Made by a program: the position numbers and the translations under genes. A model generated the notes under the pieces. The model did no database searches. It had not been told where the DNA came from and saw nothing but the letters and a program-made list of their open reading frames with translations. Shown piece by piece: positions 18,800 through 28,192 of a stretch of DNA of 52,467 nucleotides (positions within the stretch are counted from its first letter, which is position 1; every line of letters starts with the position of its first letter). Source of the stretch: a virus (lineage: Duplodnaviria; Caudoviricetes); IMG/VR virus record IMGVR_UViG_3300033153_006994, positions 1 to 52,467 of that record. The stretch is one strand, 5' to 3'.

Positions 18800-19837
18800 T
18801 TACGATTGTGACGTTCGCGTCACTGTCGGTTGAATAGCGTTACATCGACCAGAAACAGCAACGGATGCTTCACCCAGATCGGGTTCACGACTTTCCGAAC
18901 GGAAGTCCGGGAATACTGTTGTTTCAATTTCCTGTGTGGTGCAAATCGGGGTGTGAACTACTTCCACGTCTATGGCATAGGGCTCACACGGATCAGCAGA
19001 ACTGGAGACCCATTCAGAAGCCCCGCCGATTTTCTTCAGGGCGTCCATTGGCGAAATTTCTTCACCTGTACCTGTTGTGATATACTCATAAACAAACTCA
19101 AGACTGAGATCAAGTGGAATTTGATCCCCGGCGCGAACAGTATCGAGAACCCCTCGGTCGAGATCGTATTCGTATTCATTCGCTTCGGTGTAGGTCAGAT
19201 TACCATCGCCGATTTTGATTTCGAGTTGTTGTGGAAGAAACGTGATCACATCACTGTTTGCGGGCAAATCGCCAGCATCCAACGCCGGTGTGAATGTTAG
19301 TTCCCAGGAGGTCGCTCCAGGACGTTTCACAGTGATATTTTCAGCACTGGAAGCATTCGTCAAACTTGTCCCGTCAATAGTCATCAATGCCACATCGGTA
19401 GCAAGGTACTGTCCACGATATTCGATGTCGAATGGACCCAAAGATGCACCAGTAACAATTACATCACCAGCATCGATACTAGTCAAGCCTTCCAAAGCTG
19501 TTTGAATTTCAGATGCTGTAGCATCATAGTTAATAGCCCCAGTGGGACCTTCACCATCCCAAGACAAGGTAAATGTACCCGCTGTGGGCGTATCCAGATC
19601 AAGTGTCTGAACTTCGTTGGAGTTGACAGCGGTAATCGTGAAAACCGTGTCAGCCACGGTATCAATCGAAAAGCGAACGCCAACAGGGACAATCGTGGTT
19701 GAAGCGGGTGTGCCGGATAACGTATCAATTTCCAGGGTCGTATTCGCCCCGGCAATTGATGTATCGTCGACCAGAGCCGCTCCAGCCCAGCCATCTCGAA
19801 ATCGGATGACACAGTTCTTCAATTCGATGCGCGCGAT
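18800..19837 (-). CDS. Tail tube protein 2 with larger inserted domain, ATC start
   Basis: Highly similar C-terminal half to 19849..20607; begins ATC GCG CGC ATC GAA TTG AAG aligned to MARIELK; AAGGAGGT SD 5 nt upstream. Confidence 0.85.
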   Translation of the reverse strand: MARIELKNCVIRFRDGWAGAALVDDTSIAGANTTLEIDTLSGTPASTTIVPVGVRFSIDTVADTVFTITAVNSNEVQTLDLDTPTAGTFTLSWDGEGPTGAINYDATASEIQTALEGLTSIDAGDVIVTGASLGPFDIEYRGQYLATDVALMTIDGTSLTNASSAENITVKRPGATSWELTFTPALDAGDLPANSDVITFLPQQLEIKIGDGNLTYTEANEYEYDLDRGVLDTVRAGDQIPLDLSLEFVYEYITTGTGEEISPMDALKKIGGASEWVSSSADPCEPYAIDVEVVHTPICTTQEIETTVFPDFRSESREPDLGEASVAVSGRCNAIQPTVTRTSQS

Positions 19838-19848
19838 GATACACCTCC

Positions 19849-20607
19849 TTACTGGGCAGTACGGGTGATTGTGGGTTGAGTCACATTACAACGACCTGAC
19901 ACGGAGATGGTAGCTTCGCCAAGATCGGGCTCACGACTCTCAGAACGGAAATCCGGGAAGACAGTCGTTTCAATCTCTTGTGTCGTACAGATCGGCGTAT
20001 GGATGATCTCTATGTCAACAGCGTAAGGCTCACACGGATCAGCGGACGAACTTCGCCATTCGGTGGCTCCACCGATTTTCTTCAGAGCATCCATTGGGGA
20101 AGTGGTTTCACTTGTGCCCGTAGTGACGTATTCATAGACGAAGTCCAGAGACACATCCATGGGTACTTGGTCACCAGCCCGAACGGTATCAAGAACGCCT
20201 CGATCGAGATCGTACTCGTACTCATTCGCTTCGGTGTAGGTAACATTGCCGTCACCGATCTTGATCTCCAATTCGATAGCCTGGAAGGTAATCACACCAC
20301 CATCGACATACGTACCAGCACCGAGTGCGGGCGTGAAGACAATGTTGGTTGTGGTAGCCGAACCATCAGAGGGCGTTCGCTCAGTAACGGTATGGACTTG
20401 TGTGGTGTCGGTTTCACCAGCAACCAAGAACTTCGCACCAATCGGAACCACATCGGTTCCAAGACCACCTGCATTAAGTACGAGAGTGTCGATGTCGAAC
20501 TCGGTGTCGGTCACAACAGGGGCAGTGGTTGGTTCATTGATAGCTCCGGTTCCACTAAGACCGTCTTTCAGCTTAATTACACAGTTTTTGAGTTCGATGC
20601 GAGCCAT
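19849..20607 (-). CDS. Major tail tube protein 1
   Basis: Position between tail terminator and chaperone; AGGAGG SD; tube-like beta-rich sequence. Confidence 0.85.
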   Translation of the reverse strand: MARIELKNCVIKLKDGLSGTGAINEPTTAPVVTDTEFDIDTLVLNAGGLGTDVVPIGAKFLVAGETDTTQVHTVTERTPSDGSATTTNIVFTPALGAGTYVDGGVITFQAIELEIKIGDGNVTYTEANEYEYDLDRGVLDTVRAGDQVPMDVSLDFVYEYVTTGTSETTSPMDALKKIGGATEWRSSSADPCEPYAVDIEIIHTPICTTQEIETTVFPDFRSESREPDLGEATISVSGRCNVTQPTITRTAQ

Positions 20608-20741
20608 AGGGTAAACCCTCCTAATTAAATGTTATTGGGGTTTTACCCCTTTAGTTGAAAAGAGAACACAGTCGATTTTGCCCTTCGTCGGGCATCACGT
20701 AAAGTTGAATAGTTAATCCCTAAGCCTTGTGGCGGCGTCTT

Positions 20742-21647
20742 TTATGCTTCCATACTCGACGCCATTGATAGCGACTTTTTTCGCTTTGGGTGGTAATCAA
20801 AGACATTTGAACCAACTTTTTTCCTTGCACTCCACATAGTCATATAACAAACTTTTAGAGCCTTAGCTGCCGATTTGATACAATTATACTTAATTCCATT
20901 TACAGTTAATATGATTGCTTTTGGATGTTTCCCACATTGCATTGAAGGTTTAGATTTTCCTTTTCTAATCTCACTTAATTTCTTTCGGTGTTCAAGCGAG
21001 AGAGTTTTCCCTTTATGGGCTTCACTCATTTTTCGTCGAGCTTCATCAGAATGAAGTCTTTTCTTTTTACCCTTATGAGCATCCCCAATTTTCTTTCGAT
21101 GTTCAAGCGAGAGAGTTTTTCCTTTATGGGCTTCACTCATTTTTCGTCGAGTCTCGTCTGAGATGTTTCTACCAGCCTCACTCATTTTTCGTCGAGTTTC
21201 TTCAGAAGGATTTTTGTGCCCTTCAGATATTTTACGACGAGTCTCTAATGAATGAGTTTTCCCTTTTTGAGCTTCACTCATCTTCTTCCGTGTTTCTTTT
21301 GAAGTAATCTTTCCCCTATGAGCCTCACCTATCTTACGACGGGTTTCTATTGAAGGTCTTATTCCTGTCGAACCTTCTCCACCTATCGTCAGATTGTAAC
21401 CTTTAGGTCCGAATGTTTCCAATATACGAATGGCTCGAATTTCCATTTCCTTAATGTATTCTTCAAGACCCTTACAAATAATCCTAAATTCAAAGGCTTC
21501 CAGACCATATTTTTTGATGGCTCTTTTCACAAGGAGAGAACCATACCCACTTTTATGCTCTTTACACCTTCTTTCAAAGTTATTGGTTATCCCCACATAC
21601 ATCCGACCGTTTACATGATTGGTAATTGTGTAAAGATAAAGGAACAT
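20742..21647 (-). CDS. GIY-YIG homing endonuclease with NUMOD3 repeats
   Basis: YLYTITN...MYVGIT..RR...H core, GYN motif, many [12 protein letters not shown] repeats. Confidence 0.92.
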   Translation of the reverse strand: MFLYLYTITNHVNGRMYVGITNNFERRCKEHKSGYGSLLVKRAIKKYGLEAFEFRIICKGLEEYIKEMEIRAIRILETFGPKGYNLTIGGEGSTGIRPSIETRRKIGEAHRGKITSKETRKKMSEAQKGKTHSLETRRKISEGHKNPSEETRRKMSEAGRNISDETRRKMSEAHKGKTLSLEHRKKIGDAHKGKKKRLHSDEARRKMSEAHKGKTLSLEHRKKLSEIRKGKSKPSMQCGKHPKAIILTVNGIKYNCIKSAAKALKVCYMTMWSARKKVGSNVFDYHPKRKKSLSMASSMEA

Positions 21648-21650
21648 GCA

Positions 21651-22142
21651 CTAATCCTTTGAAAGAAACATTTCATATCTGGCGTCAATTACCGATTGTT
21701 TCACCCTATCAGTCGGGTCCACTTTGCCAAAGTGTATCACTCGAACAGTATCATTTTTCCCCGAGCGAGGAACCAAACAACCCAGGTAACTATCATCATC
21801 TTCCACTCCGCTACCATACTTGTAGATGAGAATTGCTCTGTCCATGGCAGAGTGAAAGAGACCCGCGTTTGTCAGGATCGAATGTCGGTTCTTCTGTTTT
21901 CCATCGAAACGACTTGTCAGAACTACATTAACGTCCATTTGGATGCGATACTCACCAGACATTTCCTTAGTGAAAGGACCACTGATACGAATCTCAACAT
22001 GATCTGTTGCTTCTGTGAATGTATCCGTCTCGTCATCAACCCCTTCAACGATAGCTTCGATACCATTGGCATCAGCGACTGCATTCAAGGTCTTTGCGAT
22101 AGAGGCAAATATCCACCTTGCCCAATTGGGGTTAGCTGGCAT
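21651..22142 (-). CDS. Tail terminator-like protein
   Basis: Size and position immediately before the tail tube genes. Confidence 0.55.
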   Translation of the reverse strand: MPANPNWARWIFASIAKTLNAVADANGIEAIVEGVDDETDTFTEATDHVEIRISGPFTKEMSGEYRIQMDVNVVLTSRFDGKQKNRHSILTNAGLFHSAMDRAILIYKYGSGVEDDDSYLGCLVPRSGKNDTVRVIHFGKVDPTDRVKQSVIDARYEMFLSKD

Positions 22143-22629
22143 TTCCTGCTCCTTGTAAATCGAGGAGATTATCAGCTTTCAACAGGTGAATTTGTTCAGG
22201 AATTTCTCCGACAAGTTCTCGACCAACAATAATCCAACCAGCATCAAACTCGTATTCTTGAAACGATTCAATTTCGTACTTTCGATTACGATAGATGATG
22301 TAGGTATTGTTGGTAATATCAAGAGTAAGAGCATCTTCGCGATCAATGATGAAAATGCGACGACCGGCATCATATGTTCCGCCCACAACGAACATCTTGT
22401 TCGCAGAAATTTGAGAGATGCTCTTTCTAACCTCTCGTTGCATTCGAGCAGGTAATACAATGGCACGATCAACATGCACTACATCCTTGACTAATGAGAC
22501 TACACCAGTTTCCTGATCCGTCCCAGAACTGACAAGAGTATAAATATCGATAGTGCCGCCATATTGTCGCTTCAGCATATAGAGCGTACGAACAATAGTA
22601 CGCCTGAGGGCTAATTCGGCAGGATACAT
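22132..22629 (-). CDS. Head closure (stopper)-like protein
   Basis: D.ETG and IIYRNRKYEI motifs typical of head-closure proteins. Confidence 0.6.
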   Translation of the reverse strand: MYPAELALRRTIVRTLYMLKRQYGGTIDIYTLVSSGTDQETGVVSLVKDVVHVDRAIVLPARMQREVRKSISQISANKMFVVGGTYDAGRRIFIIDREDALTLDITNNTYIIYRNRKYEIESFQEYEFDAGWIIVGRELVGEIPEQIHLLKADNLLDLQGAGNAS

Positions 22630-22640
22630 GGCGGTCTCGC

Positions 22641-22925
22641 TTAATTGAGGGTCCGATCAATAGCATTACTCAGGCGTTCCATTACCTTCATGTTTGCTTC
22701 CATCACTTGTGTATTCTTAGTAATCACTTCCGTGCAACTTTTTACGAGGGGAAGAATAACTTCTCGTTGTTCATTCTCAAGTTCTTTGATTCGTGTTGTG
22801 AGTATATCTTCGCGACGATAATCGCGCCAGATAAAGAATACCACTGCGGCTATGAATGGTCCATAATTTTGGAAGAGCCATCCCATATCTGACAATCCAT
22901 TAAAAGCGAAAAGAAAATCCATCAT
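22641..22925 (-). CDS. Single-TM coiled-coil protein, holin-like
   Basis: YGPFIAAVVFFIW transmembrane segment then coiled coil; GGGGAG SD; Met-Met start. Confidence 0.5.
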   Translation of the reverse strand: MMDFLFAFNGLSDMGWLFQNYGPFIAAVVFFIWRDYRREDILTTRIKELENEQREVILPLVKSCTEVITKNTQVMEANMKVMERLSNAIDRTLN

Positions 22926-22945
22926 ACTATCTCCCCTAGCAAATT

Positions 22946-22990
22946 GAAAAGAAAGGCGTACCCTCCGGGAGTATCCCGGAGGGTAGCCTT
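22946..22990 (-). terminator. Intrinsic terminator after the capsid gene
   Basis: TACCCTCCGGGA-gta-TCCCGGAGGGTA stem followed by TTTCTTTT on the minus strand. Confidence 0.85.
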
Positions 22991-23005
22991 GAACATTACA
23001 GGGGT

Positions 23006-24397
23006 TTAGCCAAGCACAACACACGCGAGGTCGGTGTCGAGGACAGCCAGACCAGCGAGCATGTCACAGTTGACCTGAGTACCACCAGCGGATTGGCTGT
23101 ACTGCATCGTAACACGCATCGAGATGCCATTGTAGCTGGCCACACCACCGACAGCGCCAGTGCCCGCTCGCGGAAGGGCGAGAGGTCGTGTGATCAATGC
23201 AAGGGCTTCGCGATGGAACGCAAGATTCATGTTACCTTGGGGACCGGGGAAGGCAGCCGCACCGTCAGCAACGGCGACTTCCAAAGGACGGTCAAGGATA
23301 AGATCGTTACCATCGATCTCGATAACCGTGTAAGTCCGACGACTAGCACCAGTACCAAAAGCACAGAGTTGCCCGATATTCCAGTAAGCAACATTGTCCA
23401 TACCAATTTTCTTGGTCCAACCAATATCATACGTACCAGCAGTTGGGTGATTGACCGTATCTGACGTATAAGCAGTCACGACCGCGCCAGCGCCAGTCGC
23501 ATACTTCAGAGGCTCATTGAGAGTGAAATCCGTGGTCGCACCAGTGATAGCTGTGCAGTAGGTCGGCTGATCGTTACCGGCAACATTGATGAACTCACCA
23601 ACGACGGTGGCACCAAGAGTACAGGCAATCACACCAGCGTAACCGGCAGCATGGGCATTCGTTGCTGTACCAGCAATCGAGGTGCCAGTGATAAGACTCG
23701 GCACGTTCTGACCCATCCAGGTATTGAACCCGTAGATTTGACCCAGTTTGGCCATCTCAAGGGCTGTTCCATCATCACCCCGCTCATTTGCCTTCACGAA
23801 GATATCATTCTTCAGCAAGGCAGTTTCGCTAGATGAAGTCAAGAGCAGATGTCGTTGTCGATCCATTGGAGCCAAGTTGTCATTCAACACTTGGCGAGCA
23901 TCCAGCACAACCTCATTAGAAGTCGCGGAGGGAAAATTCTCCAACCGACCAACACGATTCGACACGGTGCCGAAGAACTGTTGAACCTGACCTGTCACGG
24001 AACGATCAACACCATTAGCAATGCTGAGCATGGCGGGTCGCAGGTAAACCTGCACCAAGTCTTTGAAAGACAGGCTTTCCTCACCATCATAAATGGTGAA
24101 GGGCTGAGTGAACCACTGATCCAAGACCACTGGCACATTCGTGCTCACGGCATCCTGATAGCTCAAAGTGTCGCCATCAACCTTACGGGCGATCTTGAAC
24201 TTATTAGGTCGACGAGTGTTGACTACATCGCCGTATCGTTGAACTTCATTCTCGAAGTCACGGTGGACCAAGTGAGCCATCACCATGTTTTCTTCGAGAA
24301 TCATCAAACCTTCATTCGCCCAATGTTCAGGGACGAAGGCATCATTGTCATTGGCGAAACAGGTCACTTGGGCCACACAGAGGTAAAGCGAATTCAT
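23006..24397 (-). CDS. Major capsid protein (P22 coat-like, with inserted domain)
   Basis: PEHWA...LVHRDFENE...GDVVN, G.IYGF and NLAFHREA.AL.TRPL motifs; follows scaffold, followed by terminator. Confidence 0.9.
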   Translation of the reverse strand: MNSLYLCVAQVTCFANDNDAFVPEHWANEGLMILEENMVMAHLVHRDFENEVQRYGDVVNTRRPNKFKIARKVDGDTLSYQDAVSTNVPVVLDQWFTQPFTIYDGEESLSFKDLVQVYLRPAMLSIANGVDRSVTGQVQQFFGTVSNRVGRLENFPSATSNEVVLDARQVLNDNLAPMDRQRHLLLTSSSETALLKNDIFVKANERGDDGTALEMAKLGQIYGFNTWMGQNVPSLITGTSIAGTATNAHAAGYAGVIACTLGATVVGEFINVAGNDQPTYCTAITGATTDFTLNEPLKYATGAGAVVTAYTSDTVNHPTAGTYDIGWTKKIGMDNVAYWNIGQLCAFGTGASRRTYTVIEIDGNDLILDRPLEVAVADGAAAFPGPQGNMNLAFHREALALITRPLALPRAGTGAVGGVASYNGISMRVTMQYSQSAGGTQVNCDMLAGLAVLDTDLACVVLG

Positions 24398-24469
24398 TTT
24401 GTTGTTCCTTTAAGAACGGTGACAGAGTTTGATATACGAACTTACCCCCGAGGGCAAAGATGGTAGTGT

Positions 24470-25351
24470 TTACATTCCGACAAGTTCGGGGTGTTCTTTT
24501 CGGATTTTTCGATATTGAGCAGGTGTCAGCTTACTCACATCGATAGGACCACCGTCACCCGATGCTGCGCCACCGGTAGCGTTATTGGCACCCAAACCAG
24601 AGACAACATTCGCTTTGAAGAGATTGGCATGTAGACGGATCTCTCGCATTCGTTTTACAATCTCGTCAGGTGTCCCAGAAAAGGTTACCTTCTCTCCCTT
24701 ATCATCATGGTCAGGAAAATTGACAACCGGCTCAAAACGACCAGTCTCATTTTCATTATCGTCAATAACGGGAATCAACTTTGTCATTGGACGAAGAAGC
24801 TGAACAATATGGTCAATGTTGTAGGCATCATTGTTCACCGCTGCATCTTGTAAGGCGCGATCGATACTCGAACCATGGAAACGATCTTCCCAGATTTTGC
24901 GAGCTTCTCGTTCGGTTTTCAACTGCACTTCGTAATCGTTTTTCAGTTGTTCTTTCTCGTGCTTGGCACGTTCCTCTTTGGTCCTCAATTGATTCTGAAC
25001 ATTTTCCAACCGTTCCTCAGCTTTGGAACGCTCTTCATCAGAAAGAGTTTTATGTTCCAAGAGTTCATTGTAACTAGATTCCAGAATTTTGTATTCTTCT
25101 TTTCGAGCAGCTTCACGACTCTTGCGGTCTCTCGCAAGACGCTCTTCAACGATCTTGTTGACGGCGGCAATATCAAATGTCTTACCAGCGCCAGCACCAG
25201 CACCAGCACCATCACCATCACCAGCACCAGCACCAGCACCAGCACCATCACCATCACCATCACCATCACCAGAACTTCCACTGGAACTAGTAGCGCCTTC
25301 GCCGTCGAAACAAGAAATTTGAGAAACGAACAAATACTTTTCATCAAACAT
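24470..25351 (-). CDS. Capsid scaffolding protein
   Basis: Start MFDEKY at 25351 after GGAG; GAGAGDGD linker, FD...VNKIV..RLAR, coiled coil, C-terminal LTPAQYRKIR. Confidence 0.85.
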   Translation of the reverse strand: MFDEKYLFVSQISCFDGEGATSSSGSSGDGDGDGDGAGAGAGAGDGDGAGAGAGAGKTFDIAAVNKIVEERLARDRKSREAARKEEYKILESSYNELLEHKTLSDEERSKAEERLENVQNQLRTKEERAKHEKEQLKNDYEVQLKTEREARKIWEDRFHGSSIDRALQDAAVNNDAYNIDHIVQLLRPMTKLIPVIDDNENETGRFEPVVNFPDHDDKGEKVTFSGTPDEIVKRMREIRLHANLFKANVVSGLGANNATGGAASGDGGPIDVSKLTPAQYRKIRKEHPELVGM

Positions 25352-25459
25352 GGAAAATCTCCAAACGATACCCGCTGAAATGTTAAGCCATATTAGTAGC
25401 GGTAGACTTAGTATGGCAAGGTAAACCTGACTTACACAGTCAGTCAACTTGAGTTTTGG

Positions 25460-26298
25460 CTAAATCCGAGATAATATGATTGCATCATCATCACGAAGAT
25501 ACGGTCGCAACAAACGCCAGGCTTGTGTGCTAGGTACACCGTTGATGATGTGTTCAATAGGGACTTGTTCCTTATTGTGACTTACAACTTCACCTTGAAA
25601 ACCATAGCTCTTGATGCCCAAGGCTTCAAGTTCTATGTTGGGATCTTTCCCATCAAGTAATGAGTGGGCAATCTCATAAGTCGCCACTCTGATTTCTTCT
25701 GGAACTTCCATGTCGGCATCCCGAGGAAATTCTAAAAACTGTGATGCTTCCGCCACTCGAATTTCTTCATGGGGGGGGGGGCGAATGGATTACTTTGCAG
25801 AACTTCGTATACGGGATGTTTATTTCCTTTGTAGTTTAAGGTGTCGAGAATCAGTGTTGCTGCCCAAAGGGCTTTCTCGCGATCAATTGCTTTTGATTGA
25901 GACCAAGTACGTTCGTGAAGACGTTGGGCGAAATACGCATTGGCTTCATGAATTGTCCCATAGTACTCAACTGTGATATGGTTAGTTGCAACACTCAAAC
26001 TTTGTTGCAAAATGAGAACTGATGAACCAACTCCGAAGTAGATGTTGACAGGTGCCAACACTTCTACTATTTGTCGTGACATGCAGAGATTAGATTTCCC
26101 TACATGGAGTACTTCAACTAATTGACGTGAGACAGCTAGACCAGGATCATCTTCACCAAGCAACTCAACATGTTGTCTTGAGACTCTAGCATTGAACTCT
26201 CGGAAGCCTAATATCTCAATGGTTTGTCTTGAAGTCCTTAGACTCGAAGATTCTGTGTGCAGAACTTCGACAAACTGTCTTGAGACACGGATTGCCAT
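25460..26298 (-). pseudogene. RVSRQ-repeat / head-tail adaptor fusion gene, out of frame at a C11 tract
   Basis: ORFs 25732..26298 and 25460..25756 together align with 27354..27875; frame breaks at G11 (25771-25781). Confidence 0.8.
25771..25781. repeat. G11 homopolymer (C11 on coding strand)
   Basis: Direct read; the longest homopolymer noticed in the window. Confidence 0.95.
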
Positions 26299-26312
26299 AA
26301 TAATGCCTTCCG

Positions 26313-27344
26313 CTAGATGGCCTTGATACCAAATTGTGCGGCATCAATCTCGGCAGGTGTGTAGGGATTAGATGTGTCAGGATTCACTTCACTAATAGAA
26401 GAACAAGTTACATAATCCGTTGAAATGATCGTTCCGCATGACTGCGCATTTTCTGTCGAACCTGATTTGGTGATATTTTGCAATTCCATACTCCCCGAGG
26501 TAGCTTTCACCTCAGTTATGATTTGGATACCATCAATCGAAGTCATATTGATCGCAGGATCATAGTTGTACAAATCCTTATTTGTTGTTGTACCCGTTTC
26601 AACATATGAAGTATCTTCATCCAATTCCATTTCGTTGATTCGGTCATAATTAGTTCCTGAATCAGGAATCCATTGTGTAGAATCACCGGCAGCATTAGGT
26701 CGAATTGCGGAAACTTTGCGAATCCCGAGGAAGTCATTATTGATTGAACCAGAACTATCCAGAAGATAGAGATCATCATATAGGGTCGTTACATTACTGC
26801 TTCCTAATCTGAAAGCCGTAGCATAGGCATGAGAACCTATTTGTGTATCAATGCCAGAAAGAGAAAGCCAATTATCAGTGTTAATCACCAAATCAACAGT
26901 ACCTGCTGACGCATGGGTCAATACCTTTAACTCAAGATAGTACCAAGTATTGGAAGATAATGCCAAAGCAGAGGTGCCAAGTAAAACATTATCCAAGTAA
27001 ACTGAAAGAGTGCCATTCGTATTGACACGGATATTTACAGCTAATGATGTACCATCATAAAACATCATCAATTTACTAGGCAAGACGCTTGGAGTTGAAA
27101 GTATCTTGATTGCTGCACCAAATACCAGAGTATTATCCGTAGTCAAGTCAGGACTTTGGATATAACTCTCAGCACCAATGGCATAATAAATTGCTAAGCA
27201 AAATCCATTTCTTCCATTTTGAATCTTCATCTCCGATTCACGATTGATAACCGGATACTTACGACCAATGATACCTGTTGGTGAAGGAGCATTCCCAATA
27301 GTAGTTCCAAAACCTTCAAAACCTTCTATCCAGAGCAAAGCCAT
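26313..27344 (-). CDS. LamG/concanavalin-like virion protein, neck copy
   Basis: Full-length paralog of 11980..13011 (MALLWIEGFEGFGTTIG.APSPTGIIGRKYP ... AQFGI). Confidence 0.75.
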   Translation of the reverse strand: MALLWIEGFEGFGTTIGNAPSPTGIIGRKYPVINRESEMKIQNGRNGFCLAIYYAIGAESYIQSPDLTTDNTLVFGAAIKILSTPSVLPSKLMMFYDGTSLAVNIRVNTNGTLSVYLDNVLLGTSALALSSNTWYYLELKVLTHASAGTVDLVINTDNWLSLSGIDTQIGSHAYATAFRLGSSNVTTLYDDLYLLDSSGSINNDFLGIRKVSAIRPNAAGDSTQWIPDSGTNYDRINEMELDEDTSYVETGTTTNKDLYNYDPAINMTSIDGIQIITEVKATSGSMELQNITKSGSTENAQSCGTIISTDYVTCSSISEVNPDTSNPYTPAEIDAAQFGIKAI

Positions 27345-27353
27345 GAATATCTC

Positions 27354-27875
27354 CTAACTGATACGGGCAAGCACAATGGCATCGTCTTCACGAAGAAACG
27401 GTCTTAGCCAACGCCAAGCTTGCGAACTTGGAATGCCGTTAATGATATGTTCAATGGGAACCTGATTCCTGTTATAAGATGTTCTCACCGCTGCGTAACT
27501 CTGACTGATGATCCCAAGCGTCTCTAATTCGATCTCAGGGTCTTTTCCATCGAGTAATTCATGGGCAATCTCATAGGTCGCTCGTCGAATAGGTTCTGGA
27601 ACTACTGAATCGGCTCCACGTGGGAATTCCATATCTTGAGCCGCTTCGGCTTCACGAATCTCTCCATCCGAGGCATGGGGATTTTCTGCCAAGAGTGCGT
27701 AAACAGTACTCTTTTTGCCCTTATAATTCAACGCATCAATGATGACTGAAGCTGCCCAAAGAGCTTTGGGACGATCAGCGGGGGCCGCACTGGACCACGC
27801 TCTCTCATGAAGGCGTAGAGCAAAGTATTCTTCCGCTTCTAAGAGATTTCCATAATATGCACTGGTAATGGACAA
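27354..27875 (-). CDS. Head-tail adaptor (DnaT-like family)
   Basis: Y...EAEEYF...W...KAL..A...ID...YKG...Q..EFPR...PE.I..A.YE.A pattern. Confidence 0.75.
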   Translation of the reverse strand: MSITSAYYGNLLEAEEYFALRLHERAWSSAAPADRPKALWAASVIIDALNYKGKKSTVYALLAENPHASDGEIREAEAAQDMEFPRGADSVVPEPIRRATYEIAHELLDGKDPEIELETLGIISQSYAAVRTSYNRNQVPIEHIINGIPSSQAWRWLRPFLREDDAIVLARIS

Positions 27876-27886
27876 GAATCACCTCC

Positions 27887-28189
27887 TTAAACGGCGAGCC
27901 ACGAAAAACCTTGTGCGGCGGCGTCAGCAACAACGTAGACTTTGCTCAAATCGTCAATCGGAATCCTGACCGATTCACCGGCATCCAGCAAGAAACCTGT
28001 TGTGGTCGATACTGTGTTAATCCCCACAAAAATGTTGTTTGTATTGGTCAAGTCAGCCTTGACTTCAACATACTTTTTGACGGGAGTTTCAACAGTGATA
28101 AGAGCAACAACAGGAGTTGTTCCTACTGTGCCATGACCAGTTTTGAATTCGCTCGCAGCTTCATTTGCGATACTTACATAGCCACCCAT
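27887..28189 (-). CDS. Small beta-sandwich virion protein
   Basis: N..NIFVG...TGFLLDAGES pattern; AAGGAG SD; follows portal. Confidence 0.55.
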   Translation of the reverse strand: MGGYVSIANEAASEFKTGHGTVGTTPVVALITVETPVKKYVEVKADLTNTNNIFVGINTVSTTTGFLLDAGESVRIPIDDLSKVYVVADAAAQGFSWLAV

Positions 28190-28192
28190 GGG

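Noticed and set aside
24875-25378. Alternative-frame ORFs with STST, PAPA or VMVM repeats
   Set aside because: Shadows of the Gly-Ala/Gly-Asp linker of the scaffold gene
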